From Acinetobacter phage vB_AbaS_TCUP2199, in the sequence record ON323491.1: a stretch of 64,000 nt of DNA; one strand, 5' to 3'. Under the pieces are notes generated by a model, which was not told where the DNA came from, searched no databases, and was given only the letters and a program-made list of their open reading frames with translations. Numbering within the stretch: the stretch's first letter is position 1; each line of letters starts with the position of its first letter. Position numbers and translations under genes: made by a program. Below, piece after piece: positions 8,890 through 18,247 of this stretch.

Positions 8890-10989
8890 ATGGCTAATGT
8901 TATTGACCTTTTTACCAGAAAGATTAAAGACCTTCTGGTGGGTTCAGACCTTGGTGCTAACCCACATGTTTTTAAAGATGTAAAGATTCCAGTAGGTAAC
9001 TTACCTTCCAACTATCGTGACATTGAAGCTCTTACATTAGAACAAATTTCAGAGCTGGCATTAGGTATGAACCCTAACGGTGGTAACTATTCAGAGGAAC
9101 CACCGATTGTTTATGAAAATCTGGTGGAACGTTTCCCTGCAGACTGCTGGACCGTAGATGGTGTCCGTAGTATGTCTTTCTGCGTGGTTGGTGAAAAGGA
9201 CGATGGATTCGACGTTCACTGGACTTCACGTCGTAAAAATGACTTTGCTGCCGTCATCTGGTTCAGCGAAGATTTAAACATGCACCCATACTTATCGTAT
9301 GAAACTAAACCAGATTACCGCAACTGTACCCTTTCTTTCTCTATTGATTTAGAAGGTCAAGTACCCCCTATTTCAGATGAGCAACTGGGCTTAGTAATGA
9401 CTGTTATCACCATTAACAGCTACGGCCAACAAGTGCCGTATTACTTACGCCTTGCCAATTTTGCAGACCCTGCAACTCTCACAGACACACATGCAGATGT
9501 AACCATTGACTGGAACACTGCCCGTTCTGGTTTCTATGCCACAGACAATTTCCCTAAAACAAATATCCAGCGTATCTTCATTGGCTGCTTAACCAATGGC
9601 TTTGACATTGACAGTACACAGCCGTTGCCTAAAGAGGAAACAGCATCTATGAAGATAACGAACATGCGCTGTACTGGTACAGAGAGCAAGTTCATTCGTA
9701 GAACCATGGCTGTGCCACAGCACACGATTGGCATGTGTACCAGTTATGATGATAGCTATAACGTAAACCCTTACCGTATCATCAAGAACTGCTTCATGCT
9801 GGGCTATCGTGGACACATAAACCATTACTGTGGTATGTCTCATTACTACAACCAGAAATGGAGTGAGTCACAGCTCCGCTTTGTCGTGACTAAAGTAGAG
9901 GACCGACCAGAGTACAGTTTAATCAATAAAGAAACCACGTTGTGGCATAAGTACATGGCAAAAGCCTGCAAGAAAATGTATATGCTGCCAATTTTTTCTG
10001 TCTCTTATGAAATGTTTTCGGAAGCTGCAGAATTAACTTGGACTCAACGTGACTGGAACGATAACTATGGCCGTACAGGTTATGAGCCACCAAGTTATTT
10101 ATTAAGCCCATGTATCCCAGAAGCCATGAACTGGTTACAGCAAGTATTTGTTGAGTTTGCAGCTATTTCTGCGGGTGAAGGGTTAGTACCGCACCTGCAG
10201 GTAGGTGAACCATGGTGGTGGATTAACAGCGACGGTAAACCTTGTATTTATGATTACCCTACACGGGTTAAGTTTAATGCTGAGACAGGATTATTTGCGC
10301 CAGAAATCCCTAACCGTATGGACACACACTTACTTGAACAATCACCTTACAAAGAATTTGCTGCATTCTTGCGTAAGGAATTGGGTAACTCAGTTGTGGC
10401 CGTGCGTACAGCAGTGAAACAGGTTTATCCAGAAGCATTGGTTACAACACTATTTTTCTTACCTTCCATTCTGGATGAAGAAACCAGTGGTATTGCATCA
10501 ACTATTAACTATCCAGTTGAGCAGTACAAGTACCCGAACCTTGACTTTATCCAAACTGAAACCTATGACTGGTTGATCATTGGTAAGTTTAATAAAGCCT
10601 TGCGCGGGTTCACGTCGGCCATTGATGAGTTAGGATACCCACCAGATTTGGTCCATTACTTGCTTGGCTTTGTCCCAGATGATTTCTTGGGCAAGCTCAT
10701 TATCCCTAACTATGACTTGAAAAAGGACGGGGTAAAAGTGTGGCAAGCAATCATGGGTAATGCTTACCTTGGTAAAGAATATAACGTTGCTAAGCAATAT
10801 ATTTGGGCCTACAACCAAGTTATGCGTGATGGTTTAGTCATTCAGCCAGAGCTGTTCTTGCGTAAGTTCTGGATATTGAATAGCCTGTATTTAAGTCAGG
10901 TCCGTGAAGGTGAAGTATTGGGTACACCAATTGATAACCTACCTTGGAACCCTGTGCGACCACCACAGCCAGAAACTCCAAACGTATAA
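8890..10989 (+). CDS. large structural/enzymatic protein with shared N-terminal module (699 aa), paralog A
   Basis: N-terminal motif DVKIPVGNLPSNYRDIEALTLEQI...NPNGG shared with ORFs at 12001 and 13110; Trp/Tyr/Cys-rich globular C-terminus. Confidence 0.55.
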   Translation: MANVIDLFTRKIKDLLVGSDLGANPHVFKDVKIPVGNLPSNYRDIEALTLEQISELALGMNPNGGNYSEEPPIVYENLVERFPADCWTVDGVRSMSFCVVGEKDDGFDVHWTSRRKNDFAAVIWFSEDLNMHPYLSYETKPDYRNCTLSFSIDLEGQVPPISDEQLGLVMTVITINSYGQQVPYYLRLANFADPATLTDTHADVTIDWNTARSGFYATDNFPKTNIQRIFIGCLTNGFDIDSTQPLPKEETASMKITNMRCTGTESKFIRRTMAVPQHTIGMCTSYDDSYNVNPYRIIKNCFMLGYRGHINHYCGMSHYYNQKWSESQLRFVVTKVEDRPEYSLINKETTLWHKYMAKACKKMYMLPIFSVSYEMFSEAAELTWTQRDWNDNYGRTGYEPPSYLLSPCIPEAMNWLQQVFVEFAAISAGEGLVPHLQVGEPWWWINSDGKPCIYDYPTRVKFNAETGLFAPEIPNRMDTHLLEQSPYKEFAAFLRKELGNSVVAVRTAVKQVYPEALVTTLFFLPSILDEETSGIASTINYPVEQYKYPNLDFIQTETYDWLIIGKFNKALRGFTSAIDELGYPPDLVHYLLGFVPDDFLGKLIIPNYDLKKDGVKVWQAIMGNAYLGKEYNVAKQYIWAYNQVMRDGLVIQPELFLRKFWILNSLYLSQVREGEVLGTPIDNLPWNPVRPPQPETPNV

Positions 10990-10998
10990 GAGAAAGCT

Positions 10999-11997
10999 AT
11001 GCCTGAATATACCTTAACACCAATCCCAGATATGGTCTTATATGTGGATGGAGTCCCAGCGATAGTCCCAGCCAGTAATATCGGGGCTGCAGTCTTAAAT
11101 GACTTTTACACTTACTTATTGGACCCCAGCACTGGCAATAGTGTTGGGGTAACGCTACGCTATGTTCATCCAAGTTCATCGTGGATTTTACCGAATGGTG
11201 AGCCAGCGTTGTTTAATTTGGGAATGTCAGATGAAAACTTCTTTGAGATTATTACCCAGTTAAAAACATATTCTAAAGCCAACTACCTTGTAAAACCTTT
11301 GGGTTCTTTGTGGGGCTACCTTGCAACGGATGCAGGTAATTTTTTAGAGTTAAAACCAGATGAACTTATTGAAATTAAACCGCAAGAGTTCGTGAAAGCT
11401 GGCAAAGAAGTTTACTATATTTCTAACCTAGACAATGGCTTAACCCTTAACACAGCCATGGCACAGCTTGGTGTTTTTTCTTTGCCTGAGAAAAAGAATC
11501 CGCTTCAAGATTATGCTTGGGGTGGGTATGTGTTAAATGAAACACCACAGGATGGTAAACACTCTTTGTGGAAAGTAACGTACAAGACTGATACCAGCGA
11601 GTTTTTTATTAAACGAGCCGATCAAGTTGAACAGACTAACCCATTGTATGAAACTGATGTAACCGCAGTTGGCCTAGCAATGGACCCACAGAACAGACCA
11701 CAGATTGTTTATACCATTGCTGGTGTATCAAACATTTACTGGTATGATTTCAACCTTGGTCGTTACAACCACATGGAATTACCTGACGCGGTGAATCCGT
11801 GTATTTCAGACCTGAACCCAAACTCAGGCACTGAAATTATTTTAGGCTACCAAGTGGATAATAGTTTGATGTATCGAAAATATTCAGAAGGCTATCAGAC
11901 TGAACACACCTTGGTTAGCAACCTAGCTAATGGTTTAAAGTTACATCAAATTGGTTATGCTGATAATGAAAAATTTCAATGGTTATTAAAGGGGTAA
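10999..11997 (+). CDS. hypothetical protein (332 aa)
   Basis: Sits between the paralogs; lacks the shared motif. Confidence 0.5.
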   Translation: MPEYTLTPIPDMVLYVDGVPAIVPASNIGAAVLNDFYTYLLDPSTGNSVGVTLRYVHPSSSWILPNGEPALFNLGMSDENFFEIITQLKTYSKANYLVKPLGSLWGYLATDAGNFLELKPDELIEIKPQEFVKAGKEVYYISNLDNGLTLNTAMAQLGVFSLPEKKNPLQDYAWGGYVLNETPQDGKHSLWKVTYKTDTSEFFIKRADQVEQTNPLYETDVTAVGLAMDPQNRPQIVYTIAGVSNIYWYDFNLGRYNHMELPDAVNPCISDLNPNSGTEIILGYQVDNSLMYRKYSEGYQTEHTLVSNLANGLKLHQIGYADNEKFQWLLKG

Positions 11998-12000
11998 GTT

Positions 12001-13092
12001 GTGGATAACATTGAAGAATCTGTAATAAAAGCAAGGACTTACGCCTTTTTTATGTTGGCTTTATCTGTGGATAAAAAAAACCCAGACTGGGCTGATGTGA
12101 AGATACCTGCAGGTAATTTTCCAAAAGGTTTTGAACACTGTGAAGCCCTAACATTGGGCCAAATCGTTGCCATTTTGCAAATTACTGTCAAGAAAAAATT
12201 GCAAGATATTGTAGATGAATTAAACGGTGGTGGTACAGTTAATCCGCATCCTCCAATTGAGTGTGCAAATGGTGCTTCATGGTTTGAATTTCATACTGAC
12301 TTAGGTTCACAAATAGAATGGTTAGTGTCAGCTAATGGTGGGCCATGGTTAAGTATTGTTGATCATCCAGCGGTGGAATATTGGTATAACCCACAAAATT
12401 TTGGGGCCACCATGGTCATTGTTTTAAGGGAAGGATTACCACCAACTCCAATTCAACTTAAAGCAAGTTCACCTGTAGCCTTTTATGTTAATCCATCGGC
12501 TAACGTAAACGACACTGAACAGGAAAACCAATCGTATGTCTTGTATAACAGTCAAGACGTAATAGTTGACCCAACTTTAGAAATTAATAAAGTTTATAAC
12601 TCACCATACATCAATGATACCAGTACCGAGTTAGATTATTGCGTGATGTTCAATGCTGTAGACTTCTGCTTAAAATACCCAGAAGGGCCGCCAGTTGGGT
12701 GTGCAGGGGCGATTGACACCTTTAAAGCTATCTACATGACTGCTGGTGGTTTATATAATTTCTATGTTAATGACGTGGAATTTACAGGGACTAACTGGAT
12801 GTTCAGGGATGACATATTTAAAGATCATCTTGCTACTTTTGGTGTCATTTTAAACGCTTACGATCTGGACGGTAACCCAGTACCTAAAGGGGAAAACGGT
12901 AGATATGATGGCGCGTATATGGGAGAGTTAATTAACACATCCAATAATTACGTGAGAATAAAGATTTTTTGTGGGGACGCAAGTGCCATTGATAATTTTC
13001 AAAACCCTATCAACCCTGCAGCAAATTGGGATGCTGAAAACAATACTTTAACAGTATGTTTGGCCCCTCAAGGCACCACCCTAACAACCTAA
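12001..13092 (+). CDS. protein with shared N-terminal module (363 aa), paralog C
   Basis: GTG start; motif DVKIPAGNFPKGFEHCEALTLGQI...LNGGG. Confidence 0.5.
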   Translation: MDNIEESVIKARTYAFFMLALSVDKKNPDWADVKIPAGNFPKGFEHCEALTLGQIVAILQITVKKKLQDIVDELNGGGTVNPHPPIECANGASWFEFHTDLGSQIEWLVSANGGPWLSIVDHPAVEYWYNPQNFGATMVIVLREGLPPTPIQLKASSPVAFYVNPSANVNDTEQENQSYVLYNSQDVIVDPTLEINKVYNSPYINDTSTELDYCVMFNAVDFCLKYPEGPPVGCAGAIDTFKAIYMTAGGLYNFYVNDVEFTGTNWMFRDDIFKDHLATFGVILNAYDLDGNPVPKGENGRYDGAYMGELINTSNNYVRIKIFCGDASAIDNFQNPINPAANWDAENNTLTVCLAPQGTTLTT

Positions 13093-13109
13093 GAATAGTT
13101 GAGAACGCC

Positions 13110-13982
13110 ATGACAGTTAGCAAACTTATGACACGACGGATGGCTGACCTAATCACCCCGTCAAATTTAGGTGAAAACCTATTAAAATTTAATCAGGTAA
13201 TTTTACCTTGTGGGCGTATGCCTGCAGGTTATGAATTTGTAGAGGGTCTAACTATCAGCCAGCTTGGTGATATTATTATTGAGCAACTAGACGTAGCTGG
13301 TCTTATTCCAGACCTCAGTGGCGGTGGCAATAACCCAAGCGAAGGTGTACCAACAGACTCGCTTACTATGAATTTCACATTCAATAATAGTGCTACTATC
13401 CCATTAAATGATGTTGAAATTTTAATGTTTGATGGTTCTGACACCATGCGGGTTAATGACACCTTCGATCTGGACCATAACCCGACACAGCCTAACTACT
13501 TTATGGCTATTGTTACTGGTCCAAAATGGGTGTTTTATAACTTCCATCCGAGTAATGCCCCAATTAAAATTGCCATTCGTCTGATTCCTGAGAATCAAAA
13601 TTCGTTACAGAATATTCAATTGGTCGGAAACACTACTTTTAAATGGTTGGATGAGAACAAAGCTTATGTTGGAACATTACTCCCATTCCCTAAACCACAG
13701 CTTTCAGATGTAACTTATGACCCATCATCTGGTTCAACTGTACTTATTGAAGGTACTGCTTTGAACCTAAAAGATGGTGCAGAATATGGGGCATACGTCA
13801 CATTTCATAGGACGGATATTGACCAAACTGTCGTATTACCATCGGCTGACACTATTACTTCTGTCAATAAAAACTTTACTATTGAAGGAGATATACCAGT
13901 TGATATGGGTCCATATTATGTGTCTTTACATCTTAAAGATGCCACAGGTTGGCGTGACACCGTGCAGGCTGAACTTATTTAA
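13110..13982 (+). CDS. protein with shared N-terminal module (about 291 aa), paralog D
   Basis: ATG 13110; degenerate motif ILPCGRMPAGYEFVEGLTISQL...LSGGG. Confidence 0.5.
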   Translation: MTVSKLMTRRMADLITPSNLGENLLKFNQVILPCGRMPAGYEFVEGLTISQLGDIIIEQLDVAGLIPDLSGGGNNPSEGVPTDSLTMNFTFNNSATIPLNDVEILMFDGSDTMRVNDTFDLDHNPTQPNYFMAIVTGPKWVFYNFHPSNAPIKIAIRLIPENQNSLQNIQLVGNTTFKWLDENKAYVGTLLPFPKPQLSDVTYDPSSGSTVLIEGTALNLKDGAEYGAYVTFHRTDIDQTVVLPSADTITSVNKNFTIEGDIPVDMGPYYVSLHLKDATGWRDTVQAELI

Positions 13983-14066
13983 AGTAATGGGTCCATTTAG
14001 CAGAAAGTATTAAAAGTATACAAGGTAGTATGATATTATCAGCACATCAACTCAGGGTGTGCTGAA

Positions 14067-14489
14067 ATGTTTTTAAAATACATTGCAATCAGTTTTCTTT
14101 TGAGTGTCTTGAGCATGAATGTTCCAGCAATGGCTCAAACTAAAAACGACAGTCCAGCTACTACTTTCGTTCTCACGTATGGAAACGAATTTACCTTTGG
14201 GTTGTGTGTTTTAGTGTTAATCTTGTCCAGTTGGCTTAGTTTAAAGCTACCATCTGATGACACAGTTAAGCCAGAAATGTCCAATCAAGCCAAGATACTT
14301 TCAGCTTTAACTGGTGGAATCTTAGCGTTTATCTATTCGCTACACAAAGACCAAGGTTTAACCCTTATGAATCCTATTTGGATTGCTGTTGCTGCGATTG
14401 TACTCCCAGTTACAATTTTAACTTTACGCAGTAAATTTAAGAGATACACTGAAACTGTAGATTTCAGCAATCAACGAAAGGGTGACTAG
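14067..14489 (+). CDS. holin-like membrane protein (3 TM)
   Basis: Hydrophobic N-terminus plus 2 further TM segments; immediately upstream of endolysin. Confidence 0.5.
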   Translation: MFLKYIAISFLLSVLSMNVPAMAQTKNDSPATTFVLTYGNEFTFGLCVLVLILSSWLSLKLPSDDTVKPEMSNQAKILSALTGGILAFIYSLHKDQGLTLMNPIWIAVAAIVLPVTILTLRSKFKRYTETVDFSNQRKGD

Positions 14490-14787
14490 GATGCCAATTA
14501 ACCTTTACACCATGTTCTGGGCCGCTGTTGGCGTGTTAAGTCTCACTGGCCTGTTCATGTTTAACTCAAAACCTAGCATTTTCAATTTCATAACGAAGCG
14601 GGAATACTTGGTTGCTTTTCTTATCGCATCAATTTTAGGAATGCGAGAAACTTTCCCCCTTGCTTGTATTATTTCAGGGGTAACTCTTTTTGCCATGTTT
14701 CGTCAATACCCGCAATACTTAAAACATTGCTTCCTTGAGAAACAACGGCACAGTCAGGGGCACAATTACCGTCATAGAAATTTATAA
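14482..14787 (+). CDS. membrane protein (holin/antiholin or spanin candidate)
   Basis: 2-3 TM segments; overlaps the previous gene. Confidence 0.45.
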   Translation: MTRMPINLYTMFWAAVGVLSLTGLFMFNSKPSIFNFITKREYLVAFLIASILGMRETFPLACIISGVTLFAMFRQYPQYLKHCFLEKQRHSQGHNYRHRNL

Positions 14788-14808
14788 ATGTATACGTTAT
14801 GTTATAGT

Positions 14809-14838
14809 ACCCTCATCACTTGATGAGGGTTTTATTTT
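14809..14838 (+). terminator. rho-independent terminator
   Basis: accctcatca-ctt-gatgagggt followed by tttattttg. Confidence 0.6.
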
Positions 14839-14854
14839 GTCTAAACAAACACGA

Positions 14855-15568
14855 ATGCACTTTCAGGAGTTTCTGAAAGCTAAAGGTTTTTACACTGGCA
14901 ATATAGATGGCATTATCGGTTTAAGAACTAAAGCCGCCATTCTAAATTGTTTCCAGTGTAAAACTGCAACTACCATTACCGACGTTGAATTATTTCAATT
15001 TGCCAAATTACTTGGTGATACCAACACGGTTCGTATTCGTACCGTTGCCAAGGTAGAATCAAATGGCTCAGGCTGGTTCAATGATGGTCGCCCAAAAATT
15101 TTGTATGAGCGTCATAAGTTCTGGAAGTATAACGATGATGCAACTGCACCTAAGTCTACTTTCTTTAACTTCCCAGATGCTGGTAACTACACCATTGATG
15201 CAGACAAGAATGGTATCAATGATTCATACGACAAACTTTTAAAGGCTTGTGAGTATGACCCAATGGGGGCTTTCATGTCAGTCTCAATGGGTGCCTTCCA
15301 AGTTATGGGTTTCTATTTCAAGGAAATGGGCTATGCCACACCTTGGGAAATGCTCTATGACTGTGCCCGTTCCGAGAAAGCTCAGTACCAGTTGCTGGTC
15401 AATTACATCATAATGAATAAATTGCAAAAAGCTTTCTTGGCTATTTCTGGAAAACCAGACACTTGCCGTATGTTTGCGTCAGGATACAATGGTAAAAATT
15501 ACGCTAAGTATAATTACCATGGTAACTTGGCTTCTGCTTATTTATACTATTTGAACAAGGTCAGATAA
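14855..15568 (+). CDS. endolysin (PG-binding domain plus muramidase-like domain)
   Basis: N-terminal FQEFLKAKGFYTGNIDGIIGLRTKAAI (PG_binding_1-like); C-terminal domain resembling phage N-acetylmuramidases; start moved downstream of the terminator. Confidence 0.6.
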   Translation: MHFQEFLKAKGFYTGNIDGIIGLRTKAAILNCFQCKTATTITDVELFQFAKLLGDTNTVRIRTVAKVESNGSGWFNDGRPKILYERHKFWKYNDDATAPKSTFFNFPDAGNYTIDADKNGINDSYDKLLKACEYDPMGAFMSVSMGAFQVMGFYFKEMGYATPWEMLYDCARSEKAQYQLLVNYIIMNKLQKAFLAISGKPDTCRMFASGYNGKNYAKYNYHGNLASAYLYYLNKVR

Positions 15569-15583
15569 ATAGGCGGTTAAAAT

Positions 15584-15733
15584 ATGAGCAAACGTGAAGT
15601 TGCTGTTGTCATCGTCAAAGCCATTATTTTAGGGACGTTGCGCTATCTTGAAGATAAATCCAAGGATAAAAAACAACCTAAAAATAAAATTATTTTTAAA
15701 GATGGTGTTGACGAAGGAATCGGCCTTGGCTAA
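15584..15733 (+). CDS. small membrane protein (49 aa)
   Basis: TM VAVVIVKAIILGTL followed by Lys-rich tail; spanin/holin accessory candidate. Confidence 0.3.
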   Translation: MSKREVAVVIVKAIILGTLRYLEDKSKDKKQPKNKIIFKDGVDEGIGLG

Positions 15734-15818
15734 TATTGGTTTCAAGACGAGGGGCAGCAGTTAAACAGTAGTTCTAACGCAAGTTTGAAACAACCGTTGT
15801 ATGCAAATCTCCAAGTAT

Positions 15819-15845
15819 AAAAAACCCCTTTCGGGGGTTTTTTAA
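15819..15845 (+). terminator. rho-independent terminator
   Basis: aaaaacccc-tttc-gggggtttttt. Confidence 0.7.
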
Positions 15846-17290
15846 TCGCTTTAGAAAGCAGTAAATTTTAAAGCCTAAATCAATTTATTTTGGATTAGTC
15901 TTTTTGATTTCAATATTTAGATACTATTGTTGCTTTCTAACCGATTAAACTGGCTACGAACTTAGCCAATGAAGTCGAAAGATGGATTGAACAACCCTTT
16001 AGTGTTGAGGTTCATTTAAATCTGGCATGGCTGGCTTATCCATTTGGTTCTGCAGATAACCAGTGGTTAAAGTAGAGGGGTTCTAACAGCCAAATTGTTT
16101 TTAGATATTGATAGAAGCTATAGTAATTCTTGATATGGACTTAAACAATTAGGGTTCGATTCCCTACGCCAGATGCCATTTATGGGTTATCTATCAAATT
16201 GAAGTAAACGAAAGCGCGTAAGTAGTTTACGGAAAATTACTGGTGTAGATAGATGTGCTGTGTTACTTCTAGGGTCAAAGGCACATGGTGGTTCGATTCC
16301 CCGATAACCCAACCAATATTTATAGTTGATAATTTCAGTCAACTGTACATCAAAGGTCGCAACTTTGCAGGACAGAAGTTATCAACTATAAATGTTGGAA
16401 ACAATATTTAGTGAAGCATTCTTGACGAACCGCATGAGATGTAAGGGGTAATGGAGACTGTGATGGTCATAGAAGTTACCAGATAAGTTGAAGCGTATGT
16501 GGCCCTTTTCAAAGGTTGTGGGCCAAAGCTGAGCTGACGATCAAACAGATTTAGCATCAACCAAGGTGTTGCTAGTCACTTCACCGAGAATGCTTCCCTA
16601 AATGTTGGAATACTCAGGCAAAGGGTAAACCGCTGTAGACAGGCCGCAAGGGACAGATACTCTTGGTCAGGGCCGATAAGTTTTTGGGTTATGCAACTCA
16701 ATTCCAACATTTCCAAATTTGAGGACTGCCGATTTAGCGGTTGTGCAAGCTCAAAGGGGTTACGTAAGTGCCGCACGACCTACTAGCTAGGAAGGCATAA
16801 GCGTAATGGGTGTCACCTACCAGCAGGTCAACTAAGTACACGTTGATTAATCCTAGTGGTGAGATGCTAGGGAACCCCAGCTAGGGTTCCTAACAATATT
16901 TATGGAAACAAATTCATGACTGTGACCTCTTTAAAAAAAGATAAGCAGTTGATTGTCGGTTAGTTTGGGTATGTGAGGTAACCACTCAAGCGGACAATCT
17001 CCTTCCTCACAAGGGTTGAGTTTGGTTCCATAAGTGTTGTAAATGAGAGAAACAGCCCGTATCCCTGTATGGTTAAGACTGCTCTCAATAGTCTGTGGAT
17101 TGAAACCTAGCTGGTAACAGCATGAGACGGATGCCACGCCTTGTATGGCAACAAACCAGCGAGTGAGTGGAAAGCTCACAACCAACACTTACCATGTTGA
17201 CTGTCAGACTCAGGACATAAGCGAGGAACATAGCAGAGAAATTGCTCTTAGAAGTAGAAGCCTGCTTGACCGACAAGAATGTTGAGTCAG
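15846..17290 (+). ncRNA. ORF-free structured non-coding island (tRNA-like elements or other structured RNA)
   Basis: No ORF over 90 aa on either strand across 1.45 kb; two GGTTCGATTCC T-arm-like motifs (16150-16166, 16287-16303); 14-bp perfect inverted repeat 16319-16332 / 16379-16392; long-range pairings 16411-16421 with 16588-16596 and 16601-16612 with 16701-16712. Confidence 0.35.
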
Positions 17291-17326
17291 CACCCCGACC
17301 ATTAAATTGGTTGGGGTGTTATTTTA
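17291..17326 (+). terminator. rho-independent terminator
   Basis: caccccgacca-ttaaat-tggttggggtg followed by ttattttat. Confidence 0.6.
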
Positions 17327-17351
17327 TCCACGCAATAAAAAGGAAATAACC

Positions 17352-17651
17352 ATGACCCCCGAAGATCAAAAAGTGCTGGACCAAATTGTAGATTTACCGA
17401 CAGTTTTAAATGTTGAAGGCTTTGGTATCACAGAAGCAGACGTTTACAATCAAGCCTGTCAGATTTATGCTAAGTTAGTTTCTGTACCACGTACCCTGCA
17501 ACATGAACAAATGCTAGACTTTACTTACAAAGAGCTTGGTTATGAAGGCGGTGCCACAGAAGCTTACCAAGTTGGAGCTGTACAAGCAGCCTTTAACATC
17601 AAACGTATGGTTGAAAAAGGAATGGCTAAACAGGAGAAAGAGAATGTTTAA
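17352..17651 (+). CDS. hypothetical protein (99 aa)
   Basis: ATG after AAAAGGAAA. Confidence 0.5.
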   Translation: MTPEDQKVLDQIVDLPTVLNVEGFGITEADVYNQACQIYAKLVSVPRTLQHEQMLDFTYKELGYEGGATEAYQVGAVQAAFNIKRMVEKGMAKQEKENV

Positions 17652-17835
17652 ATCAATGTTAAAATCTGCAGTAGCTATTGCAGCAACCCCAGTTACGGTT
17701 GTAGTTGATGCCACAGCCAATGTGAAGGACTGTATTGTAGGCGACACCCCACGTGGTTTAAAAAACACTAAAGCTGTCACAGATTTAGCTGCAGAAAATT
17801 TTAAGAACGCAGTTGAGCCTTTAACAAAAAAGTAG
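17644..17835 (+). CDS. small membrane protein (63 aa)
   Basis: ATG after GGAGAAAGAGA; TM AVAIAATPVTVVV. Confidence 0.4.
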   Translation: MFKSMLKSAVAIAATPVTVVVDATANVKDCIVGDTPRGLKNTKAVTDLAAENFKNAVEPLTKK

Positions 17836-18121
17836 TAAATTACCAATTGAATGTTATGTTAGTGGTGTGTCTAAAAGCTGATTAATGCCAACCTCCTTTG
17901 CTCAGAACAGTTGGTACGTGGACATTGTTAGAAGTCAGCGCAAACTTATCTATCTCCGTCGGTAAGTGCAAAAGTTAAACACACAAGCAACCCTTAACCT
18001 TGGCCTGAGCATCCAGACAATACACGGTGCGACTAAACTAACTGCCAATTAATTTAGCGTAGATTGTCAATAGGTTAAGCATCAACGTGGTAAATACAGC
18101 CACAGTTGCGTAAACGGTAGT

Positions 18122-18156
18122 AACCCCCAACGTAGGAGTTTGGGGGTTTACTTTTA
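18122..18156 (+). terminator. rho-independent terminator
   Basis: aacccccaa-cgtaggag-tttggggg followed by T-run and then TTTTACCTAAA motif. Confidence 0.6.
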
Positions 18157-18247
18157 CCTAAAGATCAGCTACTGTGGTTTTTATCTGGACAGCGCGATTA
18201 GAAATAATTGCCTGTCCTTTTTCTGTACTCAACAAAAAGGACAACAC

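Noticed and set aside
14735-14854. Long start for the endolysin ORF overlapping the upstream membrane gene
   Set aside because: It reads through the terminator hairpin at 14809-14838. An ATG at 14855 gives a clean PG-binding N-terminus.
16150-16303. Two GGTTCGATTCC T-arm motifs as canonical tRNA genes
   Set aside because: Could not find matching 5' acceptor strands (needed TYTGGYG for the first) or anticodon/D arms within 70-90 nt. Kept only as tRNA-like elements pending tRNAscan-SE.
18140-18247. N-terminal extension of the DNA polymerase ORF
   Set aside because: It reads through a rho-independent terminator hairpin. A good RBS-ATG exists at 18248.
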